In this document: positions 18,634 to 26,420 of the stretch, one piece after another
How positions within the stretch are numbered: the stretch's first letter is position 1
Layout of the letters: every line of letters starts with the position of its first letter
From: an uncultured Alphaproteobacteria bacterium
Lineage (GTDB): Bacteria > Pseudomonadota > Alphaproteobacteria > Acetobacterales > Acetobacteraceae
Direction: 5' to 3'
Length of the DNA stretch: 64,000 bases
NCBI GenBank assembly: GCA_963812505.1
Contig: CAWEVM010000015.1
Span: forward strand, 288,293-352,292
The notes under the pieces: model-generated
The model's input: the letters and a program-made list of their open reading frames with translations, nothing else
Told to the model about the DNA's origin: nothing
Database searches by the model: none
Translations under genes and position numbers: made by a program

Positions 18634-19374
18634 ATGTCGAAGTTGGGAATGACGACACTCGCCTGCACCATGCTGCTGGCTGGTTGCGACACATTGGATC
18701 ACTTCCAGAAGCCGCCGAACTTCAGCAGTCCGGGCACGATGGGCCAGATTCCGCCAACTTCGCCCGATGCGCAAACCATTGCGGCCGCCGATGTGCCGCC
18801 GCTGCCTCCTGCAAGCCAGGGGTCGCTATGGCGGCCGGGATCCAAGACATTCTTTCGCGATCCACGCGCGCGCAGCCTTGGCGACCTGCTGACCGTCTCA
18901 GTCAACCTGCAGGATCAGGCCGAATTCGCCAACCAGACCACCCTCAGCCGCACCACCGCGAACGCATTGACGATCCCCAACACCACCACCATGGGGGCGG
19001 CGCTCTCACGCATCTTCCCGCTGCTCAACACCACCAGTCCGGTGATCAACACCACAGGCAATGACAGCACCGCCGGCCAGGGCGACATCAAGCGGAGTGA
19101 GAACCTCGTGGTCAATGTCGCCGCCACTGTCGTGCAGGTATTGCCGAACAAGAATCTCGAGATCGCCGGCAGTCAGGAAATTCGGCTGAACAACGAACTG
19201 CGCCAGTTGCAGATCCGCGGCATCGTGCGGCCGGAGGACATCCTCTCCAACAATACGATCTCATCGAACCAGATCGCCGAGGCGCGTATTGCCTATGGCG
19301 GGCGTGGCATCTCGTCCGATCTGCAACGGCCGACCTGGGGACAGGATGTGCTCAACCGAATTTCACCATTCTGA
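18634..19374 (+). CDS. flgH: Flagellar L-ring lipoprotein FlgH
   Basis: Lipoprotein signal MSKLGMTTLACTMLLAGC, then SLWRPGSKTFFRDPRARSLGDLLTVSV.... An upstream ATG at 18520 (ATGA overlap with flgA) would add 38 non-signal residues. Confidence 0.9.
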   Translation: MSKLGMTTLACTMLLAGCDTLDHFQKPPNFSSPGTMGQIPPTSPDAQTIAAADVPPLPPASQGSLWRPGSKTFFRDPRARSLGDLLTVSVNLQDQAEFANQTTLSRTTANALTIPNTTTMGAALSRIFPLLNTTSPVINTTGNDSTAGQGDIKRSENLVVNVAATVVQVLPNKNLEIAGSQEIRLNNELRQLQIRGIVRPEDILSNNTISSNQIAEARIAYGGRGISSDLQRPTWGQDVLNRISPF

Positions 19375-19391
19375 GCATTGGAGCGCGCCGC

Positions 19392-19793
19392 ATGATCCGT
19401 CCGTTTCGTCTCGTCTCGCTTGTCTTGCTCGGCATGTGTGGTCCTGCCGTCGTGCTGCCCGTCGCGGCGGAACAGCACGAAGTGGCCAAGCCGGCGTTCC
19501 TCTCACTCGGCGACTTCACGATCAATTTGCCCGAGGACGGAGAACAGCTTTCCTATGTTGTCATCAGCATTACGCTGGAGGTTGCTCCAGGCGCGGCGAA
19601 CGAACTCAAGGGCCTGGAGCCGCGGCTGAAGGAGGCGATGATGCGCCGATTGCTGATCATGGCCGAGCGCCGCGTGCTGCAGCCAGGACACACCGATCCG
19701 CTTGTCGTCAAGGCATCGCTGCTCGACTGTGTCGCTGCATTACAGCCAAACAGCATCCGGGACGTGCTGATTACGAGACTGCTGTACGGCTGA
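19392..19793 (+). CDS. Second FliL-family protein (short paralog)
   Basis: 133 aa with an N-terminal TM and a FliL-like core (FLSLGDFTINLPEDGEQLSYVVISITLEV...LKEAMMRRL). It is the last gene of the motA operon. Confidence 0.7.
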   Translation: MIRPFRLVSLVLLGMCGPAVVLPVAAEQHEVAKPAFLSLGDFTINLPEDGEQLSYVVISITLEVAPGAANELKGLEPRLKEAMMRRLLIMAERRVLQPGHTDPLVVKASLLDCVAALQPNSIRDVLITRLLYG

Positions 19794-20483
19794 TTACGAC
19801 ACCGTGCTGACTGTTGACGCATCTACCGTGCGGCCGTCGTTGAACTGAAGCAGCCAGCCACCGTTCGAACCCTGCAACACGCCAGACACAGTGCCGGTGG
19901 TGGTCAAAGTGCCGGCCGACTGTGACGTGCCCTGGCTCGTCATGCCGACCAACGAAACGCCGTACTGACCAGCCGGCAGCGGCTGCCCACTGTCGCTGAG
20001 CCCGTCGAACGCAACCGCTCCGGTGCTGCCGGTTACGGGTATGCTGCGCACCGGATTGCCTGACGCATCGGCAATCTGGACATGGACGCCGGACAGATTC
20101 GCGGCAGTAACGTTGAACGCCATTTGTGACTGGCTGCCCGAGGTCGGAACCGTAATCGATGTCGTCGACGCGCTGACAGTGTGGTTGATCAATCCCGAAT
20201 ATTGCCCGAGCGCCAGTCCCGACAACGTCTGGGAGATGGTGTCCAGTTTGGTGTTGCTCTGCACGAGCTGCTCAACGGTGGAGAACTGCGCGAGCTGTGA
20301 CACGAACTGCGTGGGATCGGTCGGCGAGGTCGGATCCTGATTCTGCAGTTGCGCTGTCAGCAACTGCAGGAATTCATTCATCTGGGGATCGTTGGCCTGC
20401 GCCCCGACAGTGGTGCTCGCAGGTGTGGCACTCAGAGTGTTCAGCAGGGACGAAGCCGCGGTGGTCGGTGCAACGGTGCTCAT
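19794..20483 (-). CDS. flgD: Hook capping protein FlgD
   Basis: MSTVAPTT...NEFLQLLTAQLQNQDPTSPTDPTQFVSQLAQFSTVEQL. ATG at 20483 is preceded by GAGGT. The stop directly abuts the fliL2 stop. Confidence 0.9.
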   Translation of the reverse strand: MSTVAPTTAASSLLNTLSATPASTTVGAQANDPQMNEFLQLLTAQLQNQDPTSPTDPTQFVSQLAQFSTVEQLVQSNTKLDTISQTLSGLALGQYSGLINHTVSASTTSITVPTSGSQSQMAFNVTAANLSGVHVQIADASGNPVRSIPVTGSTGAVAFDGLSDSGQPLPAGQYGVSLVGMTSQGTSQSAGTLTTTGTVSGVLQGSNGGWLLQFNDGRTVDASTVSTVS

Positions 20484-20490
20484 GGTAACC

Positions 20491-21708
20491 TCATGCAAGA
20501 ATGTCGATCATCCCGTCGTGTGCCGATAGTGACGAGGTGGGCTGGTTGGATGGCTGCGCATCGGCCGGGAGCGCGATGCGGACGACGGGAGCGAACGGTT
20601 GTGGAGAGTGGTCCGGTTGCTGACCGAACCGCAGATCAAGCCCGCCGGTGCCCAGGTTGATCCCGGAATCGGCTAGATGCTGTTCCATCTCCCCGCGATT
20701 GCGCGAGAAGGCATCGAAGGTCTCCGCCCGATCCACCGTCATCTGCACGCCGACCCCGCTGTCGTGGAACGACAGCCTGACCTCGACCCGACCCAACTCG
20801 GCGGGATGAAGTTGCATGGTGAGCACGTGAGTGCCGTCCTGCATGGCGCGTCCGATCCGCGCCGCCACTGTTGCGGTGGCTTCGGCCGCTGCACGCGCGG
20901 GCAGTGTGGGAGATTCGGATTGGGTGCGCTCCACGCCGGCGATTTGCGGCGCGGCATGCGGCGCAGACGCGACGACGGGTGAAGGTCCGGCATCGCTGGC
21001 GACCACGGCAGGCTGCTGCTTCTGTGCCGGCTCGCCAGGCTGTGCCTGCAACAGGTCTCCGACAGCACCGACCGGCCGCGTTGGCATGGGCTCCGCGTCG
21101 CCGGCACGCGGCTGTCCAGGTGCAGGCCGCACCGCCGTTACGGCAGTCCCCGCCAACTCGTCCGGCGGCGTTGCTGGCAGCACCGGCTGCTCCTTCGCCG
21201 TGTGGTCGGACATGGGTGCTGGCGTGCGCGTTTCGTCCCCGCTCGTCGCGGTTGGCGCTCGCTGCGTTTGTAACCGCGCATCGTGACGATTGGCGGAGGA
21301 CGATGGTTTGGCCGGCGTTGCCGAGGCAGTCGGTGGCACGCTGGCCGCCGGCAACGGCAACGGCACGACTGCAGGCACCTCCGCCGCACCCGCTTGCTCG
21401 CGCGGTTTGCCAGGAGCCTGTTGTGCTTTGGCAGCACCGGGTTCCTCAGGTGCCCGAACATCAGATTGGCCTGACTCGGCTGCGTTATGCTCCCCCTGGA
21501 GCGGCGTTGCGGCGGCGGCTTTGGCACGGGTCGTTGCCGGCGGCGGCGTGAGAGCAGGCTGCGGCGGCATCGCCTCCTCCGCACCTGCCGTCAGCCCTGC
21601 AATCAGGTCTGTAAAACCGGCACCGCCCACGCCGCGTGCCGACACGCTCTGCGCGCTTCCGGGAGCCACAGGCGCGGCGGCCTGCCCAAGCACCATTCCG
21701 GCCGCCAT
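20491..21708 (-). CDS. fliK: Hook-length control protein FliK
   Basis: Pro/Ala-rich N-terminal region and a FliK C-terminal domain (THVLTMQLHPAELGRVEVRLSFHDSGVGVQMTVDRAETFDAFSRNRGEMEQHL). The start at M46 of the track ORF lies 8 nt after the upstream stop. Confidence 0.8.
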   Translation of the reverse strand: MAAGMVLGQAAAPVAPGSAQSVSARGVGGAGFTDLIAGLTAGAEEAMPPQPALTPPPATTRAKAAAATPLQGEHNAAESGQSDVRAPEEPGAAKAQQAPGKPREQAGAAEVPAVVPLPLPAASVPPTASATPAKPSSSANRHDARLQTQRAPTATSGDETRTPAPMSDHTAKEQPVLPATPPDELAGTAVTAVRPAPGQPRAGDAEPMPTRPVGAVGDLLQAQPGEPAQKQQPAVVASDAGPSPVVASAPHAAPQIAGVERTQSESPTLPARAAAEATATVAARIGRAMQDGTHVLTMQLHPAELGRVEVRLSFHDSGVGVQMTVDRAETFDAFSRNRGEMEQHLADSGINLGTGGLDLRFGQQPDHSPQPFAPVVRIALPADAQPSNQPTSSLSAHDGMIDILA

Positions 21709-21716
21709 CAGCCCGC

Positions 21717-23066
21717 CTAGACTGCGGCGGCGAAGTTGGAGACCGACGGATCGAGTTCGTCGAGGCCGGCGCCCATGCCGAACCATGCGGCGTTGCCGGC
21801 CTCCCACCCGTTCGCGGCGATGCGATGGCGGAAGCCCCAACACGGGGCCACAGCGAGCACGCCACTGCCCGCCTCTTTCGCAATGTCGGCAGCCAGAGTG
21901 TAGAGTTCGAGTGGCGTAAGCTGCGGTTCGAGCAACACGCCGATGCGCCCGCCTTCCCCGGCCCGGCGCGCGACGAACAGCGCCGCATCGCTACCAAGCG
22001 ACGCGGTGACACCGTCTTGCTCATCCATTGTCTCATGAAACACCAGTGCGGACGTGTCCTGGATTGCCTCACGCAAGACAGCAATCGCACGGCGCGGCTC
22101 AGGGCAGCCTTCGAGGCCTAACAGCACGAGCGGTCGGCGTGCCCGGCGCAGTAGTTCCGCACCGAGGTGCCAGGAAGTCGGCGGTTCGCCTGGACAGACC
22201 TGCGCATTGCCTAGAAAGCAGGCCGGAACCGCAGCCAGAGCATCCGCCAGCTGGCTCGCGAGACTGTCCCTGCCATTGATGCAGAGATCTGCCAGGGCGA
22301 GACGAAGGTCGTCGCTGATCTCGGCCGGCAGCAACTCGCTGAGATAATCGGCGAGGCCGGTTGCCAGCAGGTGCAGGCGCGTATCGTTGTCACAAGCGTC
22401 CCAGAATTCCGGGGGGACCGGTTGCGCGTCCTGCCCGACCGGCACCGCCGCAACACTCGCCGCGAGCGCCAGCAACGGAGGAGCCGGTACCAGCGGCCAG
22501 ACCGTCGCGCCTGCAGGGAACCATTGAATGATGGCCGGTCCGGTGCAGGCTGCCATGCCCGGCAGGTTGCCTGCCTCGGGGACGATCGTGACGCTCTGCG
22601 GTGGGGGCAATTCCGGCAGCCAAGGCTGCAGCAGCACGCCACCCTCAGCATGCATCAGATTGGCCGCGCCAGGACGGCCGGTGAGCACCCGACGGACCTG
22701 ATCCGCCTCGGCATAGCGCAACGCCACCGTTCCCAGCGGATCACCTACCAGAACGGCCTCAGGATGCCGTGCAACGAGGATACCACCCGGCAACAACGCT
22801 ATGTTGCCGGTCGAAACGGGTCTAATCGGCAGTGTCACGCGCAGGCACTCCAGCCAGCGCGCCCGCTGCTCGGATGCCACCTGTGGCCACGCCAGATCAA
22901 TCCGTTGCAGCAATGCGAGCGACGTCGGATCGCCGAGATCCAGTTCGATCGGCATCCATTCAGGATGAGTATTGAGCGGCTGTCTTTCGCACCTGGCGAA
23001 ATGGTTACATTCGATCGGCCGACGCAATTCCGGCACATCGACAAAGGACACTCCAATGTCAGCCAT
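21717..23066 (-). CDS. Uncharacterised 449-aa protein, first gene of the orf449-fliK-flgD operon
   Basis: Long ORF tightly followed by fliK. I see no signal peptide or TM segment and recognise no family motif. Confidence 0.7.
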   Translation of the reverse strand: MADIGVSFVDVPELRRPIECNHFARCERQPLNTHPEWMPIELDLGDPTSLALLQRIDLAWPQVASEQRARWLECLRVTLPIRPVSTGNIALLPGGILVARHPEAVLVGDPLGTVALRYAEADQVRRVLTGRPGAANLMHAEGGVLLQPWLPELPPPQSVTIVPEAGNLPGMAACTGPAIIQWFPAGATVWPLVPAPPLLALAASVAAVPVGQDAQPVPPEFWDACDNDTRLHLLATGLADYLSELLPAEISDDLRLALADLCINGRDSLASQLADALAAVPACFLGNAQVCPGEPPTSWHLGAELLRRARRPLVLLGLEGCPEPRRAIAVLREAIQDTSALVFHETMDEQDGVTASLGSDAALFVARRAGEGGRIGVLLEPQLTPLELYTLAADIAKEAGSGVLAVAPCWGFRHRIAANGWEAGNAAWFGMGAGLDELDPSVSNFAAAV

Positions 23067-23359
23067 TCTGGCTATCGCCCCCTCAACGGTGTGCCGGACC
23101 AGCTTTGCGTCCGGGTTGCATGCGCAACTGAGATCACGCTTACGTGAGATTCATTGCGGCGTGCTTTCAAAATCTTCTGCGTATGCGCGGCATTCGGAGT
23201 AATCGATCAGCGCGACGGACTAAGCCGTTCGGCTATCGCGCTGGCCGTGATGACGGGCCTTGGGCCGGCTATCCACATCTTTCGTCGGACACGGGCAGTG
23301 ACGCACGCGGCCGGTCAAGCGCGGTCGCGGGCAATGACGGAAATGTCAGTTTTGCATAA

Positions 23360-23770
23360 TTACCATGTTGGCGGCACACCCCTTGCCGCCACGGCAATGC
23401 CGCTTGCGGTGGCGTTGTAGCCCAGTTGGCACGGGCCGATGATACTGCCCGGACCGATGAGCACGTCCACCACCGCGGTCGCCTGCATGCGCAGCGCCTT
23501 CACCTGCAGTTGCTGCACGGCATCGCCGGAAGCAGCCGTTGCCGACTGCCCGCATCCATAGGCGGTTATTGGACCGACCGAGCCGACCCCCAGCGGCGCT
23601 GGCAGGCCAAGGGGCAGAACCGGCACATGCACCATTGCATCGAGCGTCGCCTGCGGCGCCCGACTTAGATCAATGACATCAGTCGGCGGAGCGCATCCAA
23701 CAAGCGCTGCCACAACGACAAACCACAAAGTTGTGTGCCGAACCGACGCTCTACCGCTCGCCGCATGCAT
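23360..23770 (-). CDS. Small lipoprotein, possibly RcsF-like (weak)
   Basis: Lipobox in MHAASGRASVRHTTLWFVVVAALVGC. The C-terminus GCGQSATAASGDAVQQLQVKALRMQATAVVDVLIGPGSIIGPCQ loosely resembles the Cys-containing RcsF domain. Confidence 0.55.
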   Translation of the reverse strand: MHAASGRASVRHTTLWFVVVAALVGCAPPTDVIDLSRAPQATLDAMVHVPVLPLGLPAPLGVGSVGPITAYGCGQSATAASGDAVQQLQVKALRMQATAVVDVLIGPGSIIGPCQLGYNATASGIAVAARGVPPTW

Positions 23771-23929
23771 GCAACTCGCTATATTGCGAAATCGCACGAA
23801 AGTCGACAACGACCCCCTCGGCCTGAGCGCTTAGGCCGGTTGGCCGAGCGGGCTCAACGCCGCTGCAAATCGACCGTGTTTAGACGCCCTCGGCCTGAAG
23901 ATTGCTTGCAGCGCGCAAGCGAAGCTTGG

Positions 23930-24310
23930 ACTGCTCAGTGAAGATTTTGCTGGCCGACGATGCAGTGAACTGTATGGCCTGCCGCGCAAGTTCAATATCG
24001 CGTTAGATGGCGGCGGACGTGCGGCGGTGCTGGAGATACCAACGACATCGCGTTGTCCGGGGGTGCAGCCTGCCGATCGTACGGGGTGTATTTTCAGCTC
24101 GGTCTGAGCGGCGTCACGGGGCCACCATGATTTCGCGCGCCCGACCGGCGTGATCGTGCCGCCAGACGATGCCGTGCGCGTATGTAACGCCATGATGGGT
24201 GCGTTCATTGCCCATGGCGATCGCACCGACCGTTGCAAGGCTCGCCTAAAATACGTGCTCGACCGCATGGGAATGCCGGCGTTCCTAGCGGAATATCCCC
24301 GCGCCTGACG
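23930..24310 (+). pseudogene. Fragment of a NirA/CysI-type nitrite/sulfite reductase with at least 2 frameshifts, truncated at both ends
   Basis: Three frames give LYGLPRKFNIALDGGGRAAVLE / DTNDIALSGG..YGVYFQLGLSGVTG / GHHDFARPTGVIVPPDDAVRVCNAMMGAFIAHGDRTDRCKARLKYVLDRMGMPAFLAEY. These collinear motifs are typical of ferredoxin-type sulfite/nitrite reductases. Confidence 0.75.
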
Positions 24311-24339
24311 CAGCGCATCGTGCGCGCTGCGTCAGGCGC
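24301..24339. repeat. Perfect 16-bp inverted repeat (hairpin) at the junction of the reductase fragment and the intron fragment
   Basis: gcgcctgacgcagcgc (24301-24316), 7-nt loop atcgtgc, then gcgctgcgtcaggcgc (24324-24339). The arms are exact reverse complements. Confidence 0.9.
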
Positions 24340-24647
24340 GGAAGCCGAAGCTCGATCCCGAGAACGTCGGATCGAGCCGTGGCTCCAGAACTCGCGCGAT
24401 CGCCTGCTGCCCCAGACGGTCCACCACGGTCGGGTTGCCCAATTGGCGCATCCCGCCGCCCGGCTTGGGGATTTGTACCCCACGCACCGGCTGCGGCCGA
24501 TCGCTGCCATCAAGCAGCGACGAGATCAGGTGTTCTCGGTTGGCGATCCACGCTCGACAGGATGTGTCGCGGCACTGATCCCCGCCGGTGAAGGACTCGC
24601 CGCTGAAGCCGCGTTGTCCGATGAACTGGCCGCCGGCACCGAAACGC
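24340..24647 (-). mobile_element. Truncated group II intron reverse transcriptase/maturase fragment (N-terminal RT domains only)
   Basis: Minus-strand translation: ...WIANREHLISSLLDGSDRPQPVRGVQIPKPGGGMRQLGNPTVVDRLGQQAIARVLEPRLDPTFSGSSFGFRA*. This matches the RT0-RT2 consensus (Y.PqPVRRV.IPKPgGG.R.LGIPTV.DR..QQA...VLEP....F...SYGFRPGRS). It breaks off exactly at the hairpin. Confidence 0.8.
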
Positions 24648-24650
24648 TAG

Positions 24651-24830
24651 CTATAGTGCATCTAGCCGGTGCCGGTCCGGGCGCCCGCCGATTTGCTGAC
24701 GCTGCGGGCACACCTCCTGCTGGGCGAGGCTGACGTAATGGTGCATGACCGGGCTTGTCAGCGACGAAGTTCTTGACATGGCGCGGCGTGATGCCGAACG
24801 ACTTTATGCAAGAGGTTCGCGAGGTGTGGA
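24651..24830 (+). pseudogene. N-terminal fragment of a uroporphyrinogen-III C-methyltransferase (SUMT, CobA/CysG-type) with two +1 frameshifts
   Basis: IVHLAGAGPG / PADLLTLRAHLLLGEADVMVHDR / LVSDEVLDMARRDAERLYARGSRG are read in three successive frames. Removing one G from the run at 24751-24753 restores HDRLVSDEVL. Confidence 0.7.
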
Positions 24831-25179
24831 TCACCTGCTACGCGACCATCGTGGCTGATATGCTGGGCGCCGGCGCCGATGCGGCGCAGATCTGAGCACC
24901 CGCGCAGCACGTCTCGCAGCCGTTCGCTCAGCGCTGCCGGCACGAGTGCGAAGACGGCAAGCACGAGGAGCGCGCGCTGACCAAACTGGCGCACTCTCGT
25001 CGTCAGGCATTGCAAAACGGTGGTCCGGCCTTCCCCAAGGCTTGTCTTTGCAGCTTCGTTGAACAGCGGGTGGTGGGGACACGGAAATCCGGCCGCGTGG
25101 CCCACGGCGGCCTCAGCGAGGGCAGCCAAATTGCAACCCGTTTCGCCATCTGGAATAGTGCCCGGCCTCAATGCGCGAG

Positions 25180-25256
25180 TGGCGTCCCCGGCGAGATTCG
25201 AACTCACGGCCCCAGGATTAGGAATCCTGTGCTCTATCCTGCTGAGCTACGGGGAC
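25180..25256 (-). tRNA. tRNA-Arg (anticodon CCT)
   Basis: Minus strand: GTCCCCG TA GCTC AGCAGGATA GAGC A CAGGA TTCCTAA TCCTG GGGCC GTGAG TTCGAAT CTCGC CGGGGAC G CCA. Full cloverleaf with encoded CCA. Confidence 0.95.
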
Positions 25257-25490
25257 TTTACCATTCAGTGACAAGGGTAGACGACCACATCAACTCCGCT
25301 GTTGCCGCGCGGAACGTCGACTTGGGCGTCACGGCCCCCTAAACGCCCCGTCGAGCACCATAAACATAGCATCACCGCGGTGATCTTGGGAGAGGCCCCA
25401 CGACCGCGCCTCGGGGCGCGTCCATGACCCCTGGTCCACTGCCCCACGGCGATGCAGATTGGCAGCCCTGAACGATGCGGGAGGAAGACC

Positions 25491-26420
25491 ATGGCTGGCA
25501 AAGTGATCATCAGTTGTGCCGTCACCGGGGCGATCCACACCCCAAGCATGTCCGACTTTTTGCCGATCACGCCGGAGGAGATTGCGCGATCCTCGATCGA
25601 GGCGGCCGAGGCCGGTGCGGCGATCATCCACCTGCACGCGCGTGATCCAGACACCGGTGAGCCGACACCCGACCCGGCAGTATTCATGCGCTTTCTGCCA
25701 GTGATCAAGCAGAACGTCGATGCCGTGGTGAACATCACCACTGGTGGCGGGCTGAACATGACCCTTGACGATCGGCTGGCAGCACCGCTGCAGGCGAAGC
25801 CGGAGATGTGCAGCCTCAACATGGGCAGCATGAACTTCAATATCGCGCGCGCCGGCGATCGGGTGAAGACGTGGAAGCACGCCTGGGAGAAGCCGTATCT
25901 CGATCGCACGGATGATCACATATTCCGCAACACCTTCCGCGACATTGCTGGGATCGTCGAGCGCCTCGGCAAGGCGCACGGTACGCGCTTCGAATTTGAA
26001 TGCTACGACGTGGGGCATCTCTACAATCTGGCTTATTGCCTTGAACAAAAGATCGTTGAGCCGCCGCTCTTCGTGCAGACGATTTTCGGCATCCTCGGCG
26101 GAATCGGCGCCGATCCGCGCAATCTGCTGTTCATGAAGGAAACCGCCGACAAGCTGTTCGGCGACGCCTATGTCTGGTCGGTGCTCGCAGCGGGACGGCA
26201 TCAGATGGCGTTCACCACCATGGCTGGCGTACTCGGCGGCAATGTCCGTGTCGGCTTGGAGGACAGCTTGTATATCGGTCGCGGCGCGCTGGCAAAGTCG
26301 AATGCCGAGCAGGTGGCGAAGATCCGCCGCATCCTGGAGGAACTCAGCCTGGAGATCGCCAGCCCAAAGGAGGCACGTGAAATTCTCAAGCTGAAGGGCG
26401 GCGATCGCGTTGGATTCTGA
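25491..26420 (+). CDS. BKACE-family enzyme (3-keto-5-aminohexanoate cleavage enzyme-like, DUF849)
   Basis: MAGKVIISCAVTGAIHTPSMSDFLPITPEEIARSSIEAAEAGAAIIHLHARDPDTGEP...NITTGGG. ATG at 25491 follows GGAGG. Confidence 0.85.
   Translation: MAGKVIISCAVTGAIHTPSMSDFLPITPEEIARSSIEAAEAGAAIIHLHARDPDTGEPTPDPAVFMRFLPVIKQNVDAVVNITTGGGLNMTLDDRLAAPLQAKPEMCSLNMGSMNFNIARAGDRVKTWKHAWEKPYLDRTDDHIFRNTFRDIAGIVERLGKAHGTRFEFECYDVGHLYNLAYCLEQKIVEPPLFVQTIFGILGGIGADPRNLLFMKETADKLFGDAYVWSVLAAGRHQMAFTTMAGVLGGNVRVGLEDSLYIGRGALAKSNAEQVAKIRRILEELSLEIASPKEAREILKLKGGDRVGF

Noticed and set aside
24780-24892. A frame reading MPNDFMQEVREVWITCYATIVADMLGAGADAAQI*, which superficially resembles the C-terminal helices of a bacterial globin.
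   Set aside because: It overlaps the better-supported SUMT fragment in another frame. It lacks the preceding globin helices and the proximal His context. It is likely a chance similarity in GC-rich sequence.
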